From contig OX597827.1 in the NCBI GenBank assembly GCA_951406725.2, positions 33,108,001 to 33,172,000 on the forward strand: 64,000 nt of DNA. The letters are read 5' to 3'. Shown piece by piece: positions 49,987 through 61,781 of the stretch; position 1 is the first letter of the stretch; each line of letters begins with the position of its first letter. The position numbers were made by a program, and so were the translations under genes. The notes beneath the pieces are model-generated. The model had not been told where the DNA came from. It did no database searches and saw nothing but the letters and a program-made list of their open reading frames with translations. Source of the DNA: Octopus vulgaris (taxonomy: Eukaryota).

Positions 49987-50317
49987 CAGGGCTTCTCAAC
50001 CGGGGTCCATATAAGATTTTGGAGGGTCCACGCAACAAATTAGTAAATTAGGGATCCACAATAGTATTTTAAGGGCTTCTGAAAAACATTCTGCTTTAGA
50101 TGTGTGAATTGGTGTGTATTACACGAATCAGCTTGGTTTCTTTCTTGCATTATTTATAGTTCAACCTACACAAGTTAATGTGTGAAAAGCAGAATTAGAA
50201 TTTTGAAAGAAGTTTTGATAAAACTAGCGTTTAAATATCGAATGGCTATGGGGGTTCACGAGAATAAGATAGTAATCAAAGGGATCCATAGGTTAAAAAC
50301 ATGGTTGAGAAACCCTG
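49987..50317. mobile_element. hAT (Charlie/Buster-like) MITE
   Basis: TIRs CAGGGCTTCTCAACC / GGTTGAGAAACCCTG with a degenerate TSD TTCCAGAG / CTCTAGGG. Confidence 0.75.
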
Positions 50318-50679
50318 CTCTAGGGGAAGGTTTACTCGAATATAAAACCTGCTGCTCTGCTGAGTCTGATATACACTTTGCTTGTCTCTGGCCTTCTTGG
50401 TGTTGCTTGTGAGATTTGCTGTGGTATAGTGCAAGCCCCACTTGATTTGAAACACTTGCACAAACATAGGTAAGAGTTGTCTATTAGCAGTGGGCAGGTG
50501 ACATAATGGCCTGGGTGTTGCACTCATGATTACAAGGTCAAAGGTTCGATTCCTGGAGCAGGTGGTGTGTTGTGATCTTGAGCAAAACACTACCTCTCAT
50601 CTTGCTCTATGATCACTTTGGCATCTGACATGTGGTACGTCGTGTACCCGTACAGGCAACATCATTCGATGGTAGGTTC

Positions 50680-51487
50680 TCCAACAAGAAGTTGTAGAAA
50701 CGTCTTTCTTGGACTTGAAGACTTTTGAGCCGATACTTATGGACAAGTTCCAGAAAATCCCTGGCTTGACAGTGCTACTGGAGAGCATTGCTGGTTCGGG
50801 ATAAACTCTACAGGCATGGGAGTGCCGTCAGCAGGGCTTGCTCGAGATGTGCGCAGAGTGATGATAATGTTCTGCACACCTTCGTGCAGTGTCCGAGCAT
50901 TGCTGACTGGTGGGTTTATGTTGAACACCTGCTGTTGTGTGTTGGATGGATGCAGTTATCAGCTGAGTCTATCGTGAAAATCGCTCAGCCGCCCTCTTTG
51001 GCTGGGAAGAGCAGGCAGTGTTTCTTTGTTTGATGGCTAAAGTGAAAGAGATTGTGTGGTGGACGAGGTCGAAAGGGCTGAAGACAGACACTTTCCTCTT
51101 TGGCCAAGTTCCACTTGAAAAGGGAAGTGAGAGTAGGGAGGGAAGTGCTGCTCACCAACAATTTTGTCAAAGAGATGGGTCAATGTAGTACGAATGACCT
51201 GAGTAAGTATGTAGTTCTAGATCAAGGGTAGACGGAGAGGAGAGGGCACTTGCCCTAGAAGTCAAGGTGATCATGTTTTCTTTTTTTGTGGGGGGTTTCC
51301 ACAAGCAGCCTTGAGAGTCTCCCTCTCTGGGGGATTTTAACTGTTATAACTTTTAATGCTTTTTCTTTCTTTTTTCTTTATTTTCTTTCTATTTTCCCTT
51401 TATTTACACGTCCCAATCCCACTCGTTTTGTATTGCCCTGTACCGTCCTCAGGCTTTTGTACGAACCCTCAGTAGTTAATAAAAAAA
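50680..51487 (+). mobile_element. Decayed Tx1/L1-clade LINE 3' end
   Basis: LVRDKLYRHG...ACSRCAQSDDNVLHTFVQC (C-x2-C-x7-H-x4-C knuckle), a T-rich 3' UTR, and AATAAA plus an A tail at about 51478-51487. Confidence 0.7.
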
Positions 51488-51509
51488 TATTATTATTATT
51501 ATTATTATT

Positions 51510-52062
51510 GAGTGAGAGAGCAGTTCATGCCATCAAAGTGACACTGGGGTAAAATATACGAAGCCCAATATACCCATCATGACTACCCGTCTGATAAGGG
51601 TACACCAGGCACATGCATCACAACCTTACGTGCGCGACATGGTGATCTCATATCAAGATAAACAGCACATGACCTTGCAGGTGGGGCCCAGTTAGAATTT
51701 TCTTCAGGTTGAGTAGCCCATCCCGCTCAAAAGGTCCCTGAATAAGGGTTGTTTAAGGATGTTGAAAGAACCACCCATGTTTCCAGAGGTGAATTATTCA
51801 AACCCCAAAGAATCCCTCTCAACACATGGCTATGATGCTCCCCCACTACTTCTGCTCGTGATCAGAGATGCACATATCGTCAGCCACTAAGAGACATGCT
51901 CAACTGGTTAAGGTCAAACAACTGACAAGCAAATCTGTGGTATTGAGCAGAATATTTGCTGTAGTCCATCTTTTACACCAAGTCAAACAATGTACATGAT
52001 AACACTTCCAATCAGTTAAGATCAGAAGCCACGAGAGCCACTGCCTGGTACTGCATCAGGGC
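51510..52062. mobile_element. ~550-bp non-coding interspersed element embedded in (TAA)n
   Basis: (ATT)n on both sides and no long ORF. The terminal ~80 bp is duplicated at about 52190-52271, again between (ATT)n tracts. Confidence 0.6.
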
Positions 52063-52116
52063 ATATTACTATTATTATTATTATAATTATTCTTTTTCTT
52101 CTTATTATTATTATTG

Positions 52117-52190
<74 letters not shown>

Positions 52191-52270
52191 GAAAACAATG
52201 TACATGATAACACTTCCAATCAGTTAAGATCAGAAGCCATGAGAGCCACTGCCTGGTACTGCATCAGGGC

Positions 52271-52307
<37 letters not shown>

Positions 52308-52835
52308 CTGTCCTTGTGGCAAAATTTGAAACCATTATTATTATCATTTAGGCGGCGATCTGGCAGAATTGTTAGCATGCTGGCGAAATGCTTAACTTAT
52401 CTCGTCAGTCGCTACGTTCTGAGTTCAAATTCCGCTGAAGTCGACTTTGCCTTTCATCTTTTCGGGATCGATAAATTAAGTACCAGTTGCGTACTGGGGT
52501 CGATCTAATCGACTATCCCCCTTCCTCAAAGTTTCAGGCATTGTGTCTATAGAAGAAAGGATTATTATTAGTATTAAATTCCACTTTGCTTCTCATCCTT
52601 TCAGGGTAGATGGAAATAAGTATCAGTTGAACACTAGGATCGATTTAATGGACTAGCTCCTCCCCCAAAATCTCAGGCCTTGTGCCTATAGTAGAAAGTA
52701 TTGTGTATGTATGTATGTATGTATGTATGTATGTATGTATGTATGTATGTATTACAAAGGCTTTACATTCTGGGTTCAAATTCCGCTGAGGTCGATTTCG
52801 TTTTTCATCTTTTCGGGGTCAATAAAATAAGAACC

Positions 52836-53100
52836 GTGGAGGTGCGTGGTTTAGTGGTTAGGGTATCAGCACCATGATCTTAAGATTGCAGTTTCGATTC
52901 CTGGACCGGGCGACACGTTGTGTTCTTGAGCAAAACACTTCATTTAACGTTGGTCCAGTCCACTCAGCTGGCAAAAATGAGTATCGCTGCGATGGATTGG
53001 CGTCCCGTCCAGCTGGGGAACACATACGCCATAAAAACCGGGTAACCGGGTCCTAGAGCCTGACTAGGCTTTAAAAGGGCGCATTTATTTTTCTCATTTT
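52836..53100 (+). mobile_element. tRNA-derived SINE family C inserted into a family A SINE
   Basis: A box TGGTTTAGTGG and B box GTTTCGATTCC. 13-bp TSD TAAAATAAGAACC at 52823-52835 and 53101-53113. Confidence 0.88.
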
Positions 53101-53621
53101 TAAAATAAGAACCATTTGAGCACGGCGGGGTCGATGTAATCAATTAGCCTTTTCCTAAAAATTTCTGGCGTTGTGCTTGAGGTAGAAGGGATTATGTGTT
53201 TGTGTATTGTTTGGAATAGTTAATCAACTAAAAGAATATTTTTTTAAAGTTACGAACGGAGGACATTTCTAGTGAAACACAAAAAAGTTTATGGAAAGTA
53301 AACTTTGCTAATATTGATTTCAATGGGACTCTAAGTTGCGATTTGAACAACATACCTAGTCAGTCTATTGAGTGTGCAATGTGTGAGTGTGTGTATGGGG
53401 GGGTGTACGGAGTGACGAAATATCTGATGAGTCATCCATCTGAATAATCGTCTGTTTACAATGAAAATTGCTGTTGTATCGGATAGCCTTTCTCTCGTCT
53501 GTACCCCACCAAAACTTTATAATTTACACACACACACACACTCTCTCTCTCACTAACTCACATGTGACCTAACTGAAATTTATTCTAGAAGAGGACATAC
53601 ATGCCTACAGACAAACGTAAT

Positions 53622-53622
53622 C

Positions 53623-53673
<51 letters not shown>

Positions 53674-53686
53674 TAGACAGATAGAC

Positions 53687-53737
<51 letters not shown>

Positions 53738-53765
53738 CATACAGGCAGATAGACAGATAGATAGA
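53622..53765. repeat. (GACA)n(GATA)n microsatellite
   Basis: Directly visible. Confidence 0.95.
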
Positions 53766-54579
53766 GTATAGTGTCTTTATTATTTCCTTTTCTTAAAAAT
53801 AAAATAGACTACGTGTATTGTCTATTTTTTCTTTCTCGTTTGTATCCCAAAACTTTACATGAGGTGAAGATGGGGATAAAAGTACTGCGTTGTATCAATC
53901 CATTAACACACAGAATTAGTATAATAGTTGGTTATTTATGGCCGGTCAAGGAGCAATAAACTATTATTGCTGCTCTATAGGTTTAACAAAAAGCTTCTTT
54001 CTTTTCGAACTTCGGAACAACTGACCGATACATACATCCATACTTAAACCAATACGCATGAATGTATGTATATACGTATATGTGTGTGTGCGCGTGCGTG
54101 TGACTTAAAAGAAGTCGAAATGGACACGCCAATAGTCGATCTTTGAATCCCTTTGTAACTTCTGCCGAATAATAATAATTTATTTATAAACCACAAAGGT
54201 TTATATTCGTATTTTGAAGTGTATTATACTTAGAGAGAGAGAGCCAGACAGACGTATGCGTATTCATGTGACAATGAGCCACTTGTAATATAACTTCCTA
54301 ATAAAAAAAATATGGCAAAAAGACAAAAATAAAACAAAAAATCTTTGCACCACTTACAACAAAACCCACAGTTTGCCCTCATAATGATTTCTTTTTTTTT
54401 TTTGAAGTTTAATACAATTACTTTCTGATTTATTATATTAATTTCCTTCCCGTCCAAATTCCTTTGCAATTCGAACAGTTTATCGAAGTAATCATCATCA
54501 TCATCATCACATTTTTTTCTTTTTTTGTTCCTCTTTGATGTTTCAGCGCACATGTTCGTAGTCACAGTCATGTGTCATT

Positions 54580-54675
54580 TGACGTCACTAATCACGGGAC
54601 CCAACGCAACAGACACCCTCACATGACTCCGCTTCGTTTATATAAATATTTCCACCCAGTCTCGCAGCTTATTTC
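54580..54675 (+). promoter_or_regulatory. Candidate Pol II promoter: CRE, AP-1-like site, TATA box, Inr-like start
   Basis: TGACGTCA 54580-54587, ATGACTC 54623-54629, TATATAAATA 54639-54648 and TTATTT about 30 nt downstream. The surroundings are repeat-poor and retain CpG. Confidence 0.6.
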
Positions 54676-54815
54676 CAGCTTTTCATCTGAATAGTTATTG
54701 TTTTCTATTCCTTAATACCGATAAAAAAAATACCACTAAAAGCTAAGAGTGAGATCTGATAGTCTGCTGTTTAATCTCAAACCTCGAAATTGTGTTGAAA
54801 TATTTTTTGTTTCAA
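54670..54815 (+). other. Candidate non-coding first exon of an unidentified gene
   Basis: No ATG. Ends at the consensus donor CAA|gtaagt (54816), followed by T-rich intron-like sequence. Confidence 0.55.
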
Positions 54816-56846
54816 GTAAGTGATAATAATTATATCAATGGATTTTTAACAAATTTTCTTTTGTTAATATAATTTTGTTTTTTTACGAATTTTTGTTCAT
54901 TTATTTAAATAATACGTTAATATACATAATTTTTTTTTATAGAAACTTATTTTATTAATGTTAACTTTTTTTTTGCCCCAAAACACCGCCCGAACTAGCG
55001 AGGGGCTACGAGTAAAAACGTTTTCCAACCATGGATCATGCTAAATATTTTATTTTGTTTTCTTACAGCAAAGAAATGTATAATGTATCCTCTCCCTTTA
55101 TCAACCTGGATCAAATATATCTTCTCCCTATGTTAACATGGTAAATGCGTCCAAGATATGAGGGAAGCTTGGCTGCTATTTCTACCAGGATATGTGACAC
55201 TGTTTATTTATAATATTATAATTTTTCTTTGTGATTTTCTGAGTTTAAAATCTGTCGAGATTCTGTTTGTTTCTCAAACCTCCCTTGATCGATAAGGTTT
55301 AATAAGTACCAGTCAAGTGAGATAAAATATATGGCCTTGTCTCTGCCTGTGTATAAGCAATTTGTATCTGTGTGTGTGTATCTTCAACTGGTCAGTGATA
55401 CTTTTATTTCTTGATTAAGTTAGTGTTGAAGTTTAGACCTTTATTATTATTGTTGGTACTACTAGCGAAGACTGGACTCAGTGCGCGCACACGTGCAATG
55501 CAAATGAGTTGATTTTACAGACTAAAATAAAAGAATTTTTTAAAGAAAGTAAATAAATTATTTCTTAGAACAATGTATATGATTTTTTTTACACAAATCA
55601 AATAAAATGTGTGTGATGTATTCTTTTAGTTTTCATATTCTTTAGTTTTTAATCATGTGTGTGTGTGTTTTCGCTAGTAGTACCATTATTGTTATTATAA
55701 TATATACAACTGAAACGTTTTGAAACCTGTAGATGAGTTCAAGTGTGTGTGAGTGTGTATTTGTCATTACGTTTCTTCTGTGGTTGGTTCTTTGTTTGTC
55801 AGAATGTGAAATCGTTATTTATGGCTGACGACCTCATCGTGCCAAATAACAAGAACGTTATATAATGTTGTTTTAGCAATACTACTAGACATAGATTTAT
55901 GTAAATTCGAATTAAACATTTACTGCTTTTTTACCGTTTGTTTCTTATTCCTTATCTTGGGCCACTATGTTGGGTTATGTATTTGTATTTTATCATTCCG
56001 TCTATGATATTTATACATAATTATAATGGAATTCTCAATAAGAGTGGTTGGTGCTACCTTTGTTTTAAGGATTTTTTCTTTCTATTAAATAATGATTTTA
56101 CCAATAATATGCACAAAGTAATATATTTGAGGGGTAGGGGTCAGTCGATTACATCGGTTCCAGTACTCGACCGGTGTGGAAAGAAATTCCCGTTGTTTGA
56201 AACACAGTAATACCCCATAAGGTAGTGATGGCCATTGTGTAATTTATTTCATCGACCCCGGGAGTTTTTCTGATGTCGATCGTTACTAGGTGCGACCTCA
56301 AAATGTAATGAGATGCAACTAAATAAATATAGCAGGAGGGCTTTTTATACAGACTAATCAAACACTGGGCTAAAATTACTTCAGCTTTTTTTAACCCAGT
56401 GCGGGATTGATTAAAATATATACTTCAGCGAAATTATATAGCTTATATATCGTAAATCCTTCCGTACAAATCTTTGGCATTTATCTACATTAAAAGAATT
56501 ATTATTGCTTCACTTAAGTTTATAAATATATGTCCCAAATTTTCACCACAAACTCGAGTAACAGTTAATTACGTCATTGAGATGTCATAATTATTTAAAA
56601 TCCACAAACACCATTTCATTTTGTAGTTATAATATCTTCAGTAAAAATATCAGTCTGTCTTAATGGAATAAGTGTTGGTGTGCGTGACCTTATTCTATCG
56701 TACTTCAGTGTCTGATATGAAAAAAAAGTGACATGTAATATGAATAGTATTATATAAGTTTCTAATTTAGGCAATAAGGCCAGCAATTTTAAGGTTGGGT
56801 GGCTAGTTGATACTGTCAACTTCATTACTTGACTGATATTCTAACA

Positions 56847-57047
56847 CAGTGCTTTTCAATCTTTTTGCTGGGGCGGAACCCCAAGGAAGCATTCCACTGG
56901 CTCGAGGAACCCCTGTGCAATAATTTGATTGTCTTATGCACACATATCTGCACAGGAGAATTAAAAATTACTGTCGATTTTAGCATTTTTGTAACTTCTT
57001 GCGGAACCTCTGGATTGTACTGGCGGAACCCTGGTTGAAAACCACTG
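56847..57047. mobile_element. hAT MITE (201 bp) inserted in a SINE
   Basis: TIRs CAGTGCTTTTCAATC / GGTTGAAAACCACTG, perfect 8-bp TSD TTCTAACA, and GGAACC subterminal repeats. Confidence 0.88.
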
Positions 57048-57259
57048 TTCTAACATATCGACTCTCAGAAGGGTGAATGGCAAAGTTGACCTCGGGAGTG
57101 GGGGGAATTTGAACTCGGAACGTTAACTCACCCCTATATGATATTACTTCATAATAAAACAAAAGTGAATGTAATAAACCTTTTAAAAGGCCGAGGTGGT
57201 AAAAAAAAGTAAATGTTTTTCTCTGGTAAAAGGTCTTTCTCAAAGCAGAATTAAAAGTA

Positions 57260-57469
57260 CTTGTTCGGCAAGTTCCGTATAAAATGTTTATTTTTTGCAG
57301 CTTGAACAGTGAAAAATACTGTCGCACACCCAATAACCTACATATATACATTCATAAATTATGTGTGTGTCACTGTTCAAGTCGTTCGTGCAAATGTTTT
57401 TTCACTATTCCGCTGCAAAAAAATAGACATCAAAGAAATAAAAAAATTATACGGAACTTGCCGAACAAA
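57260..57469. mobile_element. Tc1/mariner-type MITE (210 bp)
   Basis: TA-flanked TIRs CTTGTTCGGCAAGTTCCGTATAA / TTATACGGAACTTGCCGAACAAA. Confidence 0.8.
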
Positions 57470-58847
57470 TAATTTTAGTTCTCCAAGACCGAAAACGATT
57501 GATTGCCCAAATTCCGTCTAACCCATGCAAGCATGGAAAAGCGGACGTTAAGACAATGATGACTCACTTTTTAATTACTGTAAATTATCTTAATTCATAA
57601 TCACCTACATTTTCGTTAGTAATTTGGCTTATATATTATAATCTCTACTTAGAAAAAGAATTTCTTTTTTCCAATTTGGTGATAAACCTCTTCAGTTAAA
57701 ATACTATTTTAAATATCAACATATGTACTGATATATCAGTTGTTTTATGTGTGGCTTGAAGCCTTAATTATATAGGAAATTAAATTTTAAAAAGCAATCA
57801 ATACAGAGTGTAAAATATACTATATTTAATTCACCATGGATAAAAGGAAAAAAGAAAATGATCAAAACCGCTAACATATGTTAATATCATTAGCACGGCA
57901 TTTCGTTCGATATTGCCTTAATTTTTTTTTTTTTTTTTTCATTCTGAATGCTATAAAATTTAAGTATGATGCATGTTTATAGATATATAGTTCTAGTTTT
58001 TTTAACCAAGACATTTTAACCAAGACATTTAAGGGAGTACAGCCTTTTATTCAGGCATACATATGACCATTTGTTAAGAGCATAACTGCAGATATTCTTA
58101 AGTAGTATGTCTGTTTTCTGACCTCTTCACTTCAGTATTAATAATAATAATAAAACGCCAAAGTTGTTAATTTTTAAGTATATTTTTCCGGGAACATATC
58201 AAGTTTCTTCCCTTCATACTACAATTTCAGTACATTTCCCACTTTCAAGTCTGAAGTATTTTCCTGTTCATTCAAGAAGCTTTATTTTATTTTGCTGTAA
58301 TTTTGGCTCCGCATTGTGAACCAATAAAACAGTTAACCTCATTCTACACTCTACGGTATGTGTGAATTTGCAAGGTTTATTAATATTTAGGGGTTATACA
58401 TTTATTTAATATTTTCAATGCTATACCAATTACTACTTGTATTTCAAAGCATAAAATTTTCGGGGTTGTGATGACGTGGGGGATGATGTTGTTTGTATAA
58501 TTTTTAAAATGCCAACGTGCAGGTGGAAGCTCTTTGATTCAAACTGTGTAGAATCAGTTCACTGTTGCTGGGCAACCATTTCCTGCTACTTGGACTTGTG
58601 TCAGTTATTAACACTATGTCTACAACAGATGTTGCACACACACACGTTTACCATCGTTGTCTTTTAACGTCCACTTTCCATGCTGACATGTGTTGGACGG
58701 TTTGACTGGGATTGCCCTTCCTAACGCTAACCACTCCGAGAGTGTAGTGGGTGCTTTTACGTGTCGCCGGCACGGGACCCAGTCAGTCGACACTGACATT
58801 GGCCACACTCGAATATATATAATATATATATATATACATATATACAT

Positions 58848-59205
58848 ACTAGCATTATCGCCCGGCGTTGCTCGGGTTTGTTTCGACCCTTTAGAATTAG
58901 AATTTTTGAAAAGTAAAAATTTTGCATTATGTAGCTTATTATTCTCTTTAAGTGAACATTTTTCTGGTTGAAATACACCGTAAAATGGCGACACGGCAGT
59001 CAAAAGATCATAAAAAATAAGGATTTTCATGGGAAAAAAAGCACCTTTTTGATGTAAATAATTTTTGGTCTTAACATGGTCCGATTTGCATTTTTTTCTT
59101 CTACGGAATGAAGAGCAAGCCTTCTTCTATCATGCTCTCAATTTTGGTCAACCTGTGCCGCAGGGTCTCGGAGGAGATAGTGTTAATTGAAGGCTACCAA
59201 ACAAA
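58848..59205 (+). mobile_element. Helitron/Helentron-type non-autonomous element, 5' part
   Basis: Starts ACTAG followed by the GC hairpin CCCGGC-gtt-GCTCGGG (58861-58876), directly after (TA)n. Confidence 0.6.
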
Positions 59206-59532
59206 ACCTTGTGAATGGATTTGATTGACAGAAATTGCAAGAAACCTGTCAAATATGTGTACGTTTGTTTCTTTGTCTTGGCATCACATGATAGTTGGAA
59301 ATGAGTGTCACTATCATACAAATGGTTCTTCTCGTTTCCAGTTTTATATGATGTGCTCTTTCAGTTTCCGTTTACCAAACCCACTCGTCGCAAGGCTTCG
59401 TCAGCCTGGTACTGTAGTGGAACACTTGGCAAAAGTACCAAGAGTGGGACTAAACTGGAAACCTTGTGGATGGGAAGCAATCTTCTCAATCTCACAGCTG
59501 CATCTGTATACGTTCATATATCCTCCAAATAA

Positions 59533-60290
59533 TCATCATCGTTTAACATCCGTTTTCCATGCTGGCATGAGTTGGACAGTTTGACTAAGGTCTGGAGAGC
59601 CAGCAGCTGCACCAGGCTCCAATCTGATCTGGCAAGGTTTCTACAGCTGGATGCCCTTTCTAATGCCAACCACTCCGAGAGTGTAGTGGGTGCTGTTTAT
59701 GTGGTATTGGCCACGTTCGGATGGTGCTTTTTATGTCACTGGCACAGTAGCCAACTAGATGGGCCTGGCATCGGCCACGTTCAGATGGTACTGACATCGA
59801 CAACACTTGAATGCTTTTTACATGCTACCAGCATGGGTATCAGTGAGGTGGTACTGGCATCAGCCATGCTTGAATGGTGCTCTTTATGTGCCACCGGCAA
59901 AGATGCCAGTCAGGTGGCACTGGCATTGGACATGACTATGATTTCACTTGGTTCAACAGGCCTTTTCAAGCACAGAATATTGCTCAATGATTGAAGGGTG
60001 CTTTTAAATGGGCCAGTTATTCAACACTGGCCATGGCTACAATCTTACTTGGCTTGCCGGGTCTTCTCAAGCACAGCATATCTCCAAAGATCTTCATCTC
60101 TTTGTCATTGCTTCTATGAGGCCCTACGTTCAAAGGTCGTACTTCCTCACCTCATCCCATGTCTTCCTGGTCTACTTCTTCCACAGGTTCCCTTCACTGT
60201 TTGGGTGTGACACTTCTTCACACAGCCGTCCTCATCCATACACACCACATGACCATACCAGTGCAATCATCTCTCTTGCACACCACATCT
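59533..60290 (-). mobile_element. RTE-clade LINE 3' end with (GAT)n tail
   Basis: Minus frames give LHWYGHVVCMDEDGCVKKC...GTCGRSRP...DLWRYAVLEKTR. The same 3' UTR recurs at about 58650-58810 and 62375-62700. Confidence 0.85.
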
Positions 60291-60989
60291 ATTGTTGTTT
60301 ACATACATTTATTAGTCAGCATCGCATCTGATGAGATAAAGAAAACAAGCACATACAATTAGTGCTCAAGATTGACTAGAAGCCTACAACCAACAAAAGG
60401 CAACGACATCATAGCTGTATAGTTATGATCGACTAAAGGCTGTTTATCAATTGAAAAGGATAACAGAATTGACCTGCAAAACAACTGTTATCAGTTTATA
60501 TCCTGACATTTATGTCTTGAAACATGATGTTACATAAGTATTTATTTCCATCCTCTTTGTGATCTGTACTTTTTATTGTAACATCGTGTTTAACACTTCA
60601 GCATTTAAACCGGCCACATCTACCAGTTTTATATTCAAACTGATCAGATCCAGATCCAGCCTCTCACACTTATCCTACAATGCCAATTAGAAATAAACAA
60701 TCACATCATCAAAATCTCGCAGCTGTGAGATATCTTTTATCTTCTGTTACTTACCCCTGTCAAATAACTGGGGCCATACTGGGGCACTGCCTTGAAGGGT
60801 TTTAGTTGAACAAATCGACTCCTGGACTTAATTTTTATAAGCCTATTACTTATTCTCTTGGGCCCTTTTGCTGAACTGCTAAGTTATGGGGACATAAACA
60901 CACCAACACCGGTTGTCAAGAGCCAAAGTGAATTTCACTCAGATTGGTATCAAAAGGGTTAAGAATTGTTTCTCTATTACATATTTTAA

Positions 60990-61218
60990 CCCTTTTGTTA
61001 CCATATTCCTGTTGAGATGCTCTGTATTTCTTTCAATTACTTTACTTTAAATAATTTAAATAAACAAAGAATTTAGTGAAATAACTTATCATTAAACTAG
61101 TGTTAGGAACATAAGTTGTGACTAAGGTTTGGTGGAAGATTTTAATTCAAAACTTATGAAAGCAAGACATTTGTACACAGAGCCTGAGGTGGTTTCAGCC
61201 AGTTTGGTAACGAAAGGG
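60990..61218. mobile_element. piggyBac-type MITE
   Basis: TTAA|CCCTTTTGTTACCA ... TGGTAACGAAAGGG|TTAA. Decayed relatives lie at about 7940-8310 and 62180-62830. Confidence 0.88.
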
Positions 61219-61404
61219 TTAAAGATACGTCATAATCTAACCTAATTACCAATTGTTTTGCCTGTTTGTACTTTTATCTGTTACACATTTAATTAGTCTG
61301 CATATGTTTATTATAATTATATTTCTGATTGGTGTAGATCAATATTTTTGTTCTATCTTTATATTTAACCCTTTAGCATTCATATGCCTCTGTCAAATGT
61401 AATT

Positions 61405-61593
61405 CTTTTACTTGTTTCAGTCATTTGACTGTGACCATGCTGGAGCACCACCTTTAGTCAAGCAAGTCGACCCTAGGACTTATTCTTTATAAGCCTAGTA
61501 CTTATAGTGGGCTCTTTTGCCGAATTGCTAAGTTACGGGGACATAAACACACCAGCATCGGTTGTCAAGCGATGTTAGGAGGACATACACATA

Positions 61594-61636
<43 letters not shown>

Positions 61637-61781
61637 GACAAGCTTCTTTCAGTTTCCATCTACCAAATCCGCTCACATGGCTTTGGTCGGCTCGAATTGT
61701 CCAAGGTGCCATAGAGTGGCATTGAAGTGGAACCATGTAGTTGGTAAGCAAGTTTCTTACGACACAGCCACTCCTGCACCT
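61405..61781 (-). mobile_element. tRNA-derived SINE, family B
   Basis: Matches the other family B copies. Confidence 0.8.

Noticed and set aside
52838-52910. Functional tRNA genes (also at ~46500-46572 and other SINE heads)
   Set aside because: A and B boxes are present but continue into SINE bodies, one with a TSD, and there is no clean cloverleaf or terminator.
60327-60350. CTGATGAG...GAAA as a hammerhead ribozyme
   Set aside because: No stem II, stem III or stem I pairing can be formed.
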